Source: Octopus bimaculoides
Taxonomy: Eukaryota
Reading direction: 5' to 3'
NCBI RefSeq assembly: GCF_001194135.2
Contig: NC_068981.1
Coordinates: forward strand, 105,192,651-105,256,650
DNA length: 64,000 nt
This document shows positions 22,140 through 33,204 of this stretch, one piece after another; within the stretch, counting starts at the first letter, position 1, and the number at the start of each line of letters is the position of its first letter. Made by a program: the position numbers and the translations under genes. The notes beneath the pieces were generated by a model. That model did not search any database. It had not been told where the DNA came from and saw only the letters and a program-made list of their open reading frames with translations.

Positions 22140-24316
22140 GGCCATAGGGTCATTTTTTTCAGTCAAAATAACTCCTAATTACGAAAAAATTCGATAAAAC
22201 TACATACATAATCATTTTCCCCTCTAATACAATCTAATTTACTCACATATATCTACACACATATATGTACCTATGGTTACCAATGACCTCATTCTAATTG
22301 GCGGGAATTGTAAGTTCACTTTCCATTTCTAACACCATCCTTCACCATGATAACAAAAAAAAAATTGTGACACATCTTTTTCAAATACGATCGACAAACA
22401 TTTATTCCCTACAAACTGTGAGTTTTTTTGAAAATCTTTTTTAAAACACATTTACTTACTACCATATATATATATACAGATAATACACTCATACATACGT
22501 ACGTACAAATAAACACATACATACAAATACCTGTTTTTTTTAATTATTTGCCGTTTCTTATCACCCTTTCCCCTTTCAATTTTACTCATACTTTCCAAGA
22601 CAATTTCTCTGTACAAGTAACTTTCACATCGACAGTCAAACATTTATTCCCTACAAACTGAGTTTTTCGAAAATATTTTTTAAAACACATTTACTTACTA
22701 CCATATATATAGAGAGAGAATACACACACACACACACACACATACATACATACATACATAGAAATACACACATACATACAAATACTTGTCAATCTTTTTC
22801 AAATACGCTCGACAGTCAAACATTTATTCCCTACAAATTGTGAGTTCTTTCAAAATCTTTTTTAAAACACATTTACTTACTACCATATATATAGAGAGAG
22901 AGAGAATACACACATACATACAAATACCTGTCAATCTTTTTCAAATACAATCGAGAGTCAAACATTTATTCCCTACAAACTGTTTTTTGAAAATCTTTTT
23001 AAAAACACATTTACTTACTACCATATATATATAAGGAGAGAATACACACTAATACATATAAACATACATACAAATACACACATACATACAAATACCTGTC
23101 AGTTTATTTATTTATTTGCAGCTTCTTATCACCCTTTCCCCACTTCAATTTTACGCATACTTTCCCAGACAACTTCTCTGTACAAGTAACTTTCACCCTT
23201 TCTTTGGGACATGAAATGCCACCGAAAAAGAGAAGTCGCCATACCGCGTCAGCACTGGCACTAAAGGCAATTAGAGCAAATGAGTTCTCCAACCAAACTC
23301 CTTTTAGACTTTCACAGAGTGCCTTACATTCAGCAGAATGCCAAGCTGCTGAAAGTTTCCAACAGCGCACTGTATGCCTAGCCAAAATGGCTTCATACGA
23401 TGCTGCTTCCAGGGCTACAGAGGGCCCAGAACAAAGAGCGACTTGCCTGGCTAAAAACGCTGCTGCTAATGCTACTTCCAGGGCTTCAGAGGGCCAGGAA
23501 CAAAGGCCACTCGACTGACTACAAACGCTGCAGCTACTGCTGCTTCCAGGTCTTCCGAACGTTTGGAAAAACGGACGACTCACCTTGCTACGAACGCTGC
23601 CCCTATGACTGCTTCCATGGCTTCTGAAGATGCAGATGGGCGGTCCATGACCATTGAAAATGTGGCTTCTGCTACTNNNNNNNNNNNNNNNNNNNNNNNN
23701 NNNNNNNNCTGCGCGACCTTCCCACTACTAACACGGGCAACGTTCTATGTTGCAGCGGAACAGTCGATCGCGAGAAGCTGCATGCGGTGTGACGAGTCCC
23801 AACAGCCTTTACTGGCACCTACAGGCGTTCAAGTATGAGCCCAACTTTAATTACTCCATCTGCGCTGACATAAATATAGGGGGAGTGGGCTTCAATTGCC
23901 TCTTCTGCAATGCTAAAAAGTGGGCTGGGTACCCATGATTAATCCCCCTCTTTCCTCCATAGGGCATCAAATTCTGTTTTCACAGAGCATGAAGTTTTGT
24001 AACAGCACGTCCGCTGCCATTGGTGGAAAAGGAATATACTGTATTCACCTGTAAACGTTTTACACACCCTTCCAGGTCTACCTACCAAATTTTTACAATT
24101 GTGAGAATGATAACACAGCTTTTCAGGGCCACCTCACATTCTATTGTTACCCACTTCTGAGAGTGTTGCAATGCTCTTTGCAGGGTTTTCTATCCAGTTG
24201 CAAATCGATTGGTTGGGTGTAAACTTATATCAGTATTTGCCTCAATAATCATAATTGAGTAGAATCGAGTACTTTAAAGCAATTAAGCCCCGAGCAATGC
24301 CAGGCACTTCTGCTAG
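22140..24316 (+). mobile_element. Non-autonomous Helitron (Rep N-terminal remnant fused to the 3' end)
   Basis: MPPKKRSR...RATEGPEQRATCLAKNAAA repeats and AFKYEPNFNYS....NIGGVGFNCLFCNAKKW are typical of the Helitron N-terminus. 3' hairpin-like CCCGAGCAATGCCAGG, then CTAG|T at 24313-24317. The 5' end is probably in the N gap. Confidence 0.82.
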
Positions 24317-24414
24317 TCATATATAAAACAATAATGATCATTAATATCATATTCCAGTCTTATACGGGTTGAACAGATTAATAATTTAGATTATTTTTCA
24401 GTGTTATCTTTTAT

Positions 24415-24750
24415 ATTTTACCTTTTATTTGTTTCAGTCTATGGATTGCAGCAATGCTGGGGCACTATCTTGAAAGGCTTAGTCAAACACAATTTTTTAA
24501 AACCTGATATTTATTCTATCTTACCCTTTTGTTGAACTGCTAAGTTACAGGGATGTAAGCAAACCAACACCAGTTGTCAAGTAATGATGGGAAAGAAACA
24601 AACACACATCTACTAAATCCACTCACAAGGATTTGGTTGATTTGGGGTTACAGTAGAAGGTACTTGCTCAAGGTACTACACAGTGGGACTGAACCTAAGA
24701 CCACATGGTTGGAAAGCAAGCATCCTAACCACACAAGCCACACCTGTGCC
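24415..24750 (-). mobile_element. SINE family A (diverged)
   Basis: TTTGTTTCAGTC...CTACTAAATCCACTCACAAGG...GGGACTGAACC. Confidence 0.75.
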
Positions 24751-25009
24751 TACCGACATCTTTTCTGAAAAACCCTAGACTTCTTTGATTTATTTCTTTT
24801 CCATATTTTCTTTCTGTGATTTTCATTAACTCATAACACTTTGTCCACTAGTATATCTGTACAAATCTGGTTAGCACAGCTGTACACATCTGGTTAGCAC
24901 AGCTGTACATATTGGCCAATATCTCTGATGATAAACCATGAATTTTTTTTTTTTTAATGCAAATTCTGCCTTTCATGTATATTGACAAAGCAAACAAATT
25001 AATAAAATT

Positions 25010-25317
25010 ATTGTTATACTTGGAAATGGTTACATTTTGCCAATTAAACATACGCATTATATATACTGTTTTTACTTCAGCTTTATTATTATTATTTTTT
25101 GTTTTTCTCAAAGCTCTTTCATCACACGTGTCTCTTGTCCTGCCAGCCGAACAAGAGGAGACACGTGGGATAAAGAGTTGCTGAAGAGGTCACAGGATGT
25201 GTGACGAAAGAGCTTCAACAAAGAAACTAAAATAATAATAATAAAGCTGAAGTGAAGGCCAAACATATAGTGCATGTGTTTAATTGGCAAAATATGACCA
25301 TCCCTAAGTATAACAAT
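25010..25317. mobile_element. ~310-bp palindromic element carrying a hammerhead-like core (Penelope pLTR-like)
   Basis: Arms ATTGTTATACTT...TTTTGCCAATTAAACA...CTTCAGCTTTATTATTATTATT...AAGCTCTTTC.TCAC match in reverse complement at roughly three quarters identity (by eye). Confidence 0.75.
25177..25219 (+). ncRNA. Minimal type-I hammerhead ribozyme-like motif
   Basis: GTTG-CTGAAGA-G-GTCACA(GGATG)TGTGAC-GAAA-GAGCT-T-CAAC: stem I 4 bp, stem II 6 bp, extra purine after A9, very short stem III. Confidence 0.6.
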
Positions 25318-25388
25318 ATCTGTTTCAACACATGATTTCACATCAAGAATCTTGCAAAACAAATACATAATTAAATAAAACCACTTAC

Positions 25389-25543
25389 ATCTTCAGAACT
25401 CTTGGGCTGAAAATCAAGTTCTCGCACAATTCCCAGACTTTCATCTGTAGTTCCCATAGAGTAAGATGTAAGTTTCTTTGAATCAGTCGGAGTACTGTGG
25501 ACTGGTCCATAAGTATGGCTTTTACATAAATCAGAACTTGCAG
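25389..25543 (-). CDS. CEP162: CEP162-like exon, 155 bp, phase 1->0: (A)ASSDLCKSHTYGPVH...LDFQPKSSED
   Basis: Acceptor ttattcttttacag, donor GAT|gtaagt; joins 29060-29156 in phase. Confidence 0.75.
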
Positions 25544-26451
25544 CTGTAAAAGAATAAACCATACCTTTAAATAATTTTTTTAAATGAGGAAGTTTTGCAA
25601 CATTTTTACAAAATGAAAAAAAGATCACTATTTTTGGTCTGATTTTAGAAATACAAAGAGGAAAGTTGAAAAGTAATTAAAGTGTTCAAATAATGACAAG
25701 AATGAACCAACAAGAAACTGCCACAAGATAATTCATTCTGTTAGAAACAATAACCAAATATCTCAAAAATCACACCTACCATACTAAAATAAAAACAAAG
25801 ATACTTTGAATAATGTATTTCTAGATGCATTATAACTGGATAAAAAGCAGGATGGTCACTACTGGAATACCTTTGATCAGAGGTCTGCTCAACTCTCAGA
25901 GCCAACCTGGTGCTAAAAACCCAGTAACATAGCAAGAAAGCTTTAATCAAGAAACTGAAACTTATTACTCTACTTGTTTAAGTCTACTTTAAAACAACAA
26001 GCACAACTTCCAATCAATGATTATCATTAAATTTGATAAGTATATAGTAAAACATCTCCAAAACTTCAGACAAGTAAGATCAAAGACTCTGTCACTGTCA
26101 GAAACTTTTGGTTCTAGGCCCTACTCTTTGGATTTATTAATTAAACAAAAAGACATTCAATTCACAACAATTGGGTTGACTGGCCAATTATACAACCATA
26201 ATTTCTCATTTGATGATGAGTAAATATGATTTGAATTATCATATCAAATTCCCATATAAATTTTAGCTTTCATATCTCATATCTTAATATGTGCTATTAT
26301 TTCATATCACACATCAACAACTTGATCATAGATACTGGCCTAAAATGTATCCAGGACTTTGAGGCAGTGATGTTAGACCAAGAAGTGTGACAGGTGGACT
26401 TTGTTTTACAGCCTGGGTTAGAACCCAGCCATAGAGAGATTTTATTACTAA

Positions 26452-26830
26452 CTAGCAGTATAACCCGACGTTGTCCGGGTGTGACTTCTTACGCCATCTA
26501 CGATAAGTCTTGCAAGTTGAAAATCAACTAAAAAAGAAAGCCTTACAACGAAAAAATCCTTATGATGTAAATATGTTCATAATTCAAAAGACGATGAAAT
26601 TAATAGGGAAAGTCTGAAGGCTGTTTTGCGTAACATCATTAAGTGTACGTAAATTTCATCTGTCTAATTGGCTATACAAATGCTTGTGCAAAACAACATT
26701 TTGCGCTGCCTTGATTATACATAGCAGGGTAATTCCTTTTCGCAGGAGGTAGGATGGCAATTTCTGATGAAGCAATTGTTGGCGATCTGTTGCTACACAG
26801 TTCTGCCAGAATTCTATCAGATTGGGCAGT
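26452..26830 (-). mobile_element. Short Helitron derivative (PIF1 helicase remnant plus 3' end)
   Basis: DRILAELCSNRSPTIASSEIAILPP resembles the PIF1 motif xVASSGIAAxLLP; hairpin ACCCGGACAACGTCGGGT, then CTAG|T. Confidence 0.72.
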
Positions 26831-26874
26831 AGATGTTGACACACACACATATATATATATCCAGACACACACAC

Positions 26875-27035
26875 ACTAACATACTTCTTTCAGTTTCCGT
26901 CTACCAAATTCACTCATAAGACATTGGTCAGCCCAAGGCTAGAGTAGAAGACACTTGCCCAAGGTGCCACAGGGTGGAACTGAACCTAACATATGTGATT
27001 GGTAAGCAAACTTCTTACTGCACAGCCACTTCTGT
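26875..27035 (-). mobile_element. SINE family A 5' half
   Basis: TTTCAGTTTCCGTCTACCAAATTCACTC...CACAGCCAC. Confidence 0.75.
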
Positions 27036-27149
27036 GTCGGATCTATTTTTAATTTGTTTGCTGTCTATTATTACATTTAAGATGTTTGTTGCAATGTCTG
27101 CAGTTGAATTAGATTTAGTCTGTCACAGAAATTGAACCATACTCGATGA

Positions 27150-27607
27150 CTGGTCACCTGCGCCAGTGGAACACTAACAGCAGTTGAGCATGTTCATGCC
27201 AGAGCAGCTGTCTGGCTTCCATGCTAGTGGCCGTAAATAGCACCATTAGAGCGTAATCGTTACCAGCGTTGCCTTCTGGCACTTGTGCTAGTAGCATGTT
27301 AGAAAATCATTCGAGCGAGGTCGTTGCCAGTGCTGCTGGACTGGCTCCCGTGCAGGTGGCACGTAAAAAATACCTTTTGAGCATGGCCATTGCCAGTCCT
27401 TTGTGACTGGCCCTCGTGCCGGTGGCACGTAAAAGCACCAACTACACTCTAAGAGTAGTTGGCGTTAGGAAGGGCATCCAGCTGTAGAAACTCTGCCAGA
27501 TCAGATTGGAACCTGGTGCAGCCTTCTGGCTTACCAGTCCTCAGTCAAATCGTCCAACCCATGCTAGCATGGAAAGCGGATGTTAAACGATGATGATGAT
27601 GATGATG
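27150..27607 (+). mobile_element. RTE 3' UTR/tail (SINE-like 5'-truncated copy)
   Basis: Diverged GACTGGCT..GGTGGCACGTAAAAAGCAC units, then the shared tail ending GTTAAACGATGATGATG. Confidence 0.8.
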
Positions 27608-28636
27608 ACAGAATCTTTTATACTGCCTCACAAGAAGAGGATTTTTGAAAATTATATGCAGATCATTATATTGACAATAATTAGCAGAGGAAAGCTAGTA
27701 TTTTATTTCTTCATTCTAGATTGCTTTGAAATTTTGTATATGATGAGGCTGATACTTTTTTAACAGGAATGTATTTCACTGTTTAACACGATTTTTGTCT
27801 TTGGGTAGCAACTGTTATTTCCCATTTGCTTACTACTAAAACGTATAAAAAATGGCTAATACTTCCTTGAAACTTTACTTTTGTTATATTCATTCAAACC
27901 CCAAAGAGTCCCTCTCAACACATGGCTATGATGCAACCCCACTACTCCTGCTCATGATCAGAGATGCACATACTGTCAGCCACTAAGAAACATGCTCAAG
28001 TGGTTACGGTCAAGCAATTGACAAGCAAATTTGTGGTACTGAGCAGAATATTTGCTCTAATGATATTTCTGCTTCAGCAACTTAGCACTGAATCTCTCTG
28101 AAATGTAATGGAAAATAGGTCAGTTTCAAAACATAGATGTCCAGGTCACAAAACCAAAGTTTGAAGGGAATAACAGCCATTTCTTTTGATTTCTAGATAA
28201 AAGCAAATAGGAAATAACACTTATTGACCAAAGACAAAAAAAAAAAAAAAATTTGTTACAGTGTTATTTATTTCAACACTATTTCTGTTTCATATTTTCA
28301 GCTCTTCTTTGTAATACAATCAATGAAATATTTGACATTATTTAACAAAATAATGTTTATATTTATTATAATGTTCAATACATTGTGTCAGTGTCCAAGG
28401 TATGCCACTGCATTATATGGAATAATATTGTTTGAAATGCTATGCTATTGTATGATATCGTAAGTAATGTAAATTGAAGTGTGTTCAACTGATGAGGAGC
28501 ATGATATCAGGTATGCAATATTAAGAAAAATAATAAGCATGGAAGACAAAATATATATTACAGTACTATATTTAAGAGATGAGGAATTGTGTACATTATT
28601 TACACTTGACAGATATTTGTCCTCATCTTGTTTGTT

Positions 28637-28682
28637 GTTAACACGTTTCGGCTGATATACCCTCCAGCCTTCATCAGGTGTC
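28637..28682 (-). ncRNA. Hammerhead motif, left-arm copy, cleavage site/stem I disrupted
   Basis: GACAC-CTGATGA-A-GGCTG...CAGCC-GAAACGTGTT; a 2-nt loss relative to the right arm removes the UH plus stem I register. Confidence 0.5.
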
Positions 28683-28952
28683 TTGAGGAAATTTCGAACC
28701 TGGATTCTCATTCCTAAGGTATTTTTTGATATTATTATTATTATTATTCAGGTCACTGCCTGGAATCGAACTCGGAATCTTGCGGTTAGTAGCCTGCACT
28801 CTTCACCACTACGCCATATGCCCGGGTATATGGCATAGTGGTTAAGAGCGTGGGCTACTAACCGCAAGATTCCGGGCAGTGACCTGAATAATAATAATAA
28901 TAATATCAAAAAATACCTTAGGAATGAGAATCCAGGTTCGAAATTTCCTCAA

Positions 28953-28998
28953 GACACCTGATGAAGGCTGGAGGGTATATCAGCCGAAATGTTGTGTT
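28953..28998 (+). ncRNA. Minimal type-I hammerhead motif, right-arm copy
   Basis: GACAC-CTGATGA-A-GGCTG(GAGGGTATAT)CAGCC-GAAA-TG-T-T-GTGTT: stem I 5 bp (one G-U), stem II 5 bp, 1-bp stem III (ancestral ACGT palindrome inferred), GUU site. Confidence 0.68.
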
Positions 28999-29059
28999 AA
29001 CAACAAACAAGATGAGGACAAATATCTGTCAAGTGTAAATAATGTAAAATATATATTAC

Positions 29060-29156
29060 CTGTATCCGTTTCATCCTCATGTAACCATTTTGGACTTTGT
29101 TTCTGTTTAAAAAGTTTATTCACATCCTCCGAATCAGCAGATATATCAGAGCCAGA
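29060..29156 (-). CDS. CEP162: CEP162-like exon, 97 bp, phase 0->1: SGSDISADSEDVNKLFKQKQSPKWLHEDETDT
   Basis: Acceptor ttgttgttgtag, donor CAG|gtaata; resembles the vertebrate SDDSFENS...PWWITEDD exon in content and phases. Confidence 0.82.
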
Positions 29157-29159
29157 CTA

Positions 29160-30258
29160 CAACAACAACAACAACAATAATAATAATAATAATAATAATA
29201 ATTTCAAATTTTGGCACATAATTAGCAATTTCAGTGGGAGAGGTAAGTTGATTACAGATCTCAACTGGTACTTATTTTATCAACTTCAAAAGGTTGAAAG
29301 GCAAAGTCAACTTTGGCAGGATTTGAACTCAGAACATAAAGACAGACAAAATGCCACTAAGCACTTTGTCCAGTGTGCTAATGATTCTGCCAACTCTCCA
29401 CCTTAATAATAATAACAATAATAATAATCCGTTTTACTATAGGCACTAAGCCTGAAATTTTTGCAGGTGGGGGAAAGTTGATTACATCGACCCTAGTATT
29501 TGACTAGTGCTTAATTTATCAACCCCGAAAGAATAAAAGGCAAAGATGACTTTGGTGAAATTTCAACTCAGAAAATAAAGATGTACAAAATACTGCTAAG
29601 CATTTTAACCAGCATGCTAACAATTCTACTAGCTCACCATCTTTTTAGTGATAACAAGAGTTTCAAATTTTTGCACAAGGCCAGGAATTTCGGGAGAGCA
29701 GTTAAATTGATTACATCGACCCCAGTGATAAACTGGTACTTGTTTTAGCACCCACTACACTCTCTGAGTGGTTGGCATTAGGAAGGGCATCCAGCTGTAG
29801 AAACTCTGCCAAATTAGATTGGAGCCTGGTGTTGCCATCCGGTTTCACCAGTCCTCAGTCAAATCGTCCAACCCATGCTAGCATGGAAAGCGGACGTTAA
29901 ACGATGATGATGATGAAAAGAATGAAAGGCAAAGTCAACTTCAGTGAAATTTGAATTCAGAACATAAAACCAGATGAAATGTTGCTAAGCATTTGTCTGG
30001 CATGCTAATAATTTTGCCAGCTCACCACTTAAAATAATAATAACAATCCTTTCTACTATAGACACGAAGCCTGAAATTTTGAGGGATGGAGCTAGTCAAT
30101 TACATCGACTTCAGTGCTCAACTGGTACTTATTTCATTGATCCCAAAAGGAAGAAAGGCAAAATCAACCACAGCAGAATTTGAACCCAGAATATACAGAG
30201 CCAGAAGAAATGCCGTTAAGCATTTTGGCTGCTCATGATTCTGCCAGCTCACCGTCTT
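29160..30258 (-). mobile_element. Four head-to-tail SINE family B copies; the third is interrupted by a plus-strand RTE tail (29750-29915)
   Basis: Heads (G.TGAG.TGGCAGAA/TC) end near 29404, 29640, 30031 and 30258; each is followed by the family-B body and an (ATT)n tail. Confidence 0.85.
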
Positions 30259-31541
30259 AGAATAATAATGATAATGTGTTCCAAAAACTATTTAGTAGGC
30301 ATTGTATGGTGTTGTTCACCCCCTACACAAGGCCTATAAGAGAAGGAGTTCAGCTGGTACGTCAATACTGGACCCAGAGAACTAAGGCAGGCCCCTCCCT
30401 TGACCGAAAAACATCTCACAGCCTTCTTGAATTATGGGAGGCCTAAAAGTAGTCGTGCAAGATTTTTTTCAGAGACGATGCTCCCACAAAGGAGTTTCTC
30501 GAAACACTGAGAATACTGTCTTCCCACAGAACACAAAGTTATAATCTGGGAGTTCTGTTGGTAGTTTCAGCAGTTCTAGTTATTCCCTATGTAGTATGGC
30601 TTACTTCAATAGTACTTAGCCCTTTCTCTCAATCGATATTTTACAAATTTCTCTCGTGACAAATGTGGTTTACGATTTACATATTAAAAAAACAGTACTT
30701 GCATCTTTTAACCCCCTAAAAACTTTCTTTTCACATATTATATATGGATGCTATCTTTGTAGTCTTATAGTATATTTCCATTGTCATAAATCAAGGATGA
30801 AGAACTGTTTTTATTACTAGAGACGAGTTGCAAGTGCATTAGAACATGTAGGGGCGCGTCTGTGCAACGAATCTTTAATAGTACAAACTCATAAGTATGA
30901 AGCTTATATTAAGTTGCTGTTTTGATTATAAGACTTAAAACGACTTTTATAGGTCTTTAGAGACTTCATCTGCAAGAGATTCCGCACTCATAAGTATGTT
31001 CTATGAATTATCTTTTTTTTTTTTCAATTCTCTTTCAGATCATTGAGGTATTGATTTCAGCTTGCTATAGTAACTCCCACTCCAATTATTTGTCCTAAAT
31101 TAAAGCTGAGGAAAAACCTACTGTTTATGTACACTACAAACTACTTTTAGGGGTAGGGAAATACAAATAAAACCAACCAACACAGTCGCACACAAACACA
31201 CAAATTGCAGCATCGAAAGTCTTTTTATTGCTATGTAGGGAATTTTTCAACATTGTTTTATACGTTTTAGTCGCTAATCAAACTGTAAACTTTGTACATG
31301 CGTATACTGTTGTTTGCATATTCGCTCACTGACATAGGCTTTGATTTCAACTGAAAAAATATTATTTACTTGTACCATTAATTAAGCGTAAACTGCGACC
31401 GGCATCAATGCTATCTGAAGCAACATGTTTTTACATACTCGGTCAAAGTATTCTACACTAAATCAGGTGAAATAATTTTGCATATATGTCAATTGTTTAA
31501 TTTAATTCTATTTTTAAGGAAAAAGGCAATATTTTTCTTAC

Positions 31542-31586
31542 TTCTCTTATGAAATGTTTCTTTCCTTTTTTCGTAAACTGGGACAT
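31542..31586 (-). CDS. CEP162: Candidate first coding exon of the CEP162-like gene: MSQFTKKGKKHFIRE, phase 0
   Basis: ATG at 31586, strong donor GAA|gtaaga, correct phase; HFIRE|S weakly resembles QFMKE|LS. Homology is weak. Confidence 0.42.
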
Positions 31587-33204
31587 GTTTACATCATCAG
31601 AGTTAAATAATACACGAACAAAAGTATCAGCATCACACTTAGAGAAAATATGTTTGTTTCTTTTAATACTTATAAATTATTTAAACATAAAAGCAATGAA
31701 GTCGTTTGATTTATCGACTTTTACTGTGCTATACACACTAAAGTACACCGCATTCTCCCTTGCAAAAAAGTCGTCATATTGTAAACAAGTTGCAACCACG
31801 CAACGACCGCTTATGTTATTGAAGAGGCATTTATTTATTTTTAATTGCTTTAATATATATTTAAGTTTCTGCTGATTTGAAATGCAGAAAAAAATATTAT
31901 ATTAAAACGTTCAGTAAATATGGAATTATAGTAGGAAACATTTAAAAATATATTTATGTCCCATTGAACATTTATGAGAAAACTATCGATCTTAATGCGA
32001 TAACGCTTACAACAAAAACAAATATGAGCGGGGTAGGGGGGTAAGATGTGTTAAGACGTGATTTGTTCAGTTAGAAAACACACGTCTCTTAATTTCCAGT
32101 TTAATTCCAGGCGAAATTGACTATCACTTGAGTCCTTGCAGAGATGGTTATGTGAATTTAGTGTAGGATATCTAGGAATTGGTACATAGTAAGTATGACA
32201 AAGAGAAGATGGTTTCTATTAACTTGTTAGTTTTCAAGAGTAAAAACCGTTCTTGTTATTGTTACTGTTGTTCTTTTCGTTATTTAGCTTTGCCATGACC
32301 ATCCTAGTATTTTCAAGAATTGTATATTTAGGACTGAATTATGCGATCTTTTCTTTTTAAGACGTGAAGATGTGGTTTGAGGAGGATGTTGCTGCTATTT
32401 GTAGTAAATCAAATGAACATGTAGAGATGACAACACATTTGTAAGATAGGGGTTGGATGAATATTGACCCATTACCAGAATTGTTTTCTTTGGGATGTGA
32501 TCAAGATAGTGTATGGTAATCAGCAACACTGTTCCAAATAAGCAAGCAGTATTCAAGGGTAGTTCTTATATGAGCTTTTGAGATGACCAGAAACTTTGTA
32601 TAGACAGAGGTGTCATATACCAATTTTCCCACCTCACTACACAGTTATTGCATTTCTGTTGAAGTTCACTAGTCTTTTTTGAGCTGCATGGGTTTCACAG
32701 AGAGCAGACAGAGCAGTGCCCCATAGTTTGGTTTTTATACATTCACAAGTGAATTAGAGCAGAAATATTTTATTACTCTCATAAGTTGAACCTAACTATG
32801 ATCTCTTTTAACAGTGATCACAATTTTCTGTTTATTCCCTTTTTTATAATATGTTGACAGTTATTATAAAGCATTAGATAGAATGTGTTGCAGTTCATTT
32901 CACTTCTCTGTGCTCTCAGTTCAAATCTGACAGGTCAATGTCAGTAAATAAAGTACCAGCTCAGAGTTGGTGCAGCCCTCCATCCTGCTGGATGTTATAC
33001 TGAGGCAAGGTTGAAAGAGCTGAGAAGCTGTCTGTTCATAGCTATATTGAAACCTAAATGTTTAGCATGAAGATTCCCTTCATTGAAACTGCTAAATGTT
33101 GGTTTGTTGAATGTCATCAAGGAAGAATATCCTTTGAAAAACCCTAACTAACCCTAATTTGAAAATGAACCAAAGTCAGAACAACTTGTGAAAGCATTTT
33201 CTGA

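Larger units (their letters stand above)
28561..29046. mobile_element. Head-to-head palindrome of a tRNA-derived SINE whose tail carries a Penelope-type hammerhead
   Basis: Arms 28592-28823 and 28824-29046 are reverse complements around CATATGCCC|GGGTATATG. Head TGGCGTAGTGG (A box) and GAGTTCGATTC (B box, deleted in the right arm). Tail CCTGATGAAGGCTG...CAGCCGAAA. Confidence 0.88.
2713..31586 (-). other. CEP162: 5' portion of a centrosomal protein 162-like gene (multi-exon, continues beyond the left edge)
   Basis: Spliced peptide contains GPDTLDEMADKQKFFSELEKEMSGTLDYGLLN, SLLSKVMLLDSMGS and PKWLHEDETD. These match, in order, recalled vertebrate CEP162 blocks GLDTLEEQEEKEQFFARLEKGLTSSIDYSRLN, GMLANVVLLDSLDS and PWWITEDD. 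GT-AG boundaries; six consecutive exons are phase-consistent. Confidence 0.8.

Noticed and set aside
28770-28880. Functional tRNA genes in the palindrome centre
   Set aside because: A and B boxes are present, but no acceptor stem can form and the sequence runs into a SINE body; the right copy lacks the B box.
31030-31060. Plus-strand 9-bp micro-exon (tttcag|ATCATTGAG|gtattg)
   Set aside because: No partner exons were found on the plus strand; such a short match is expected by chance.
33141-33157. Telomere-like CCCTAA motifs
   Set aside because: Only two or three imperfect units.
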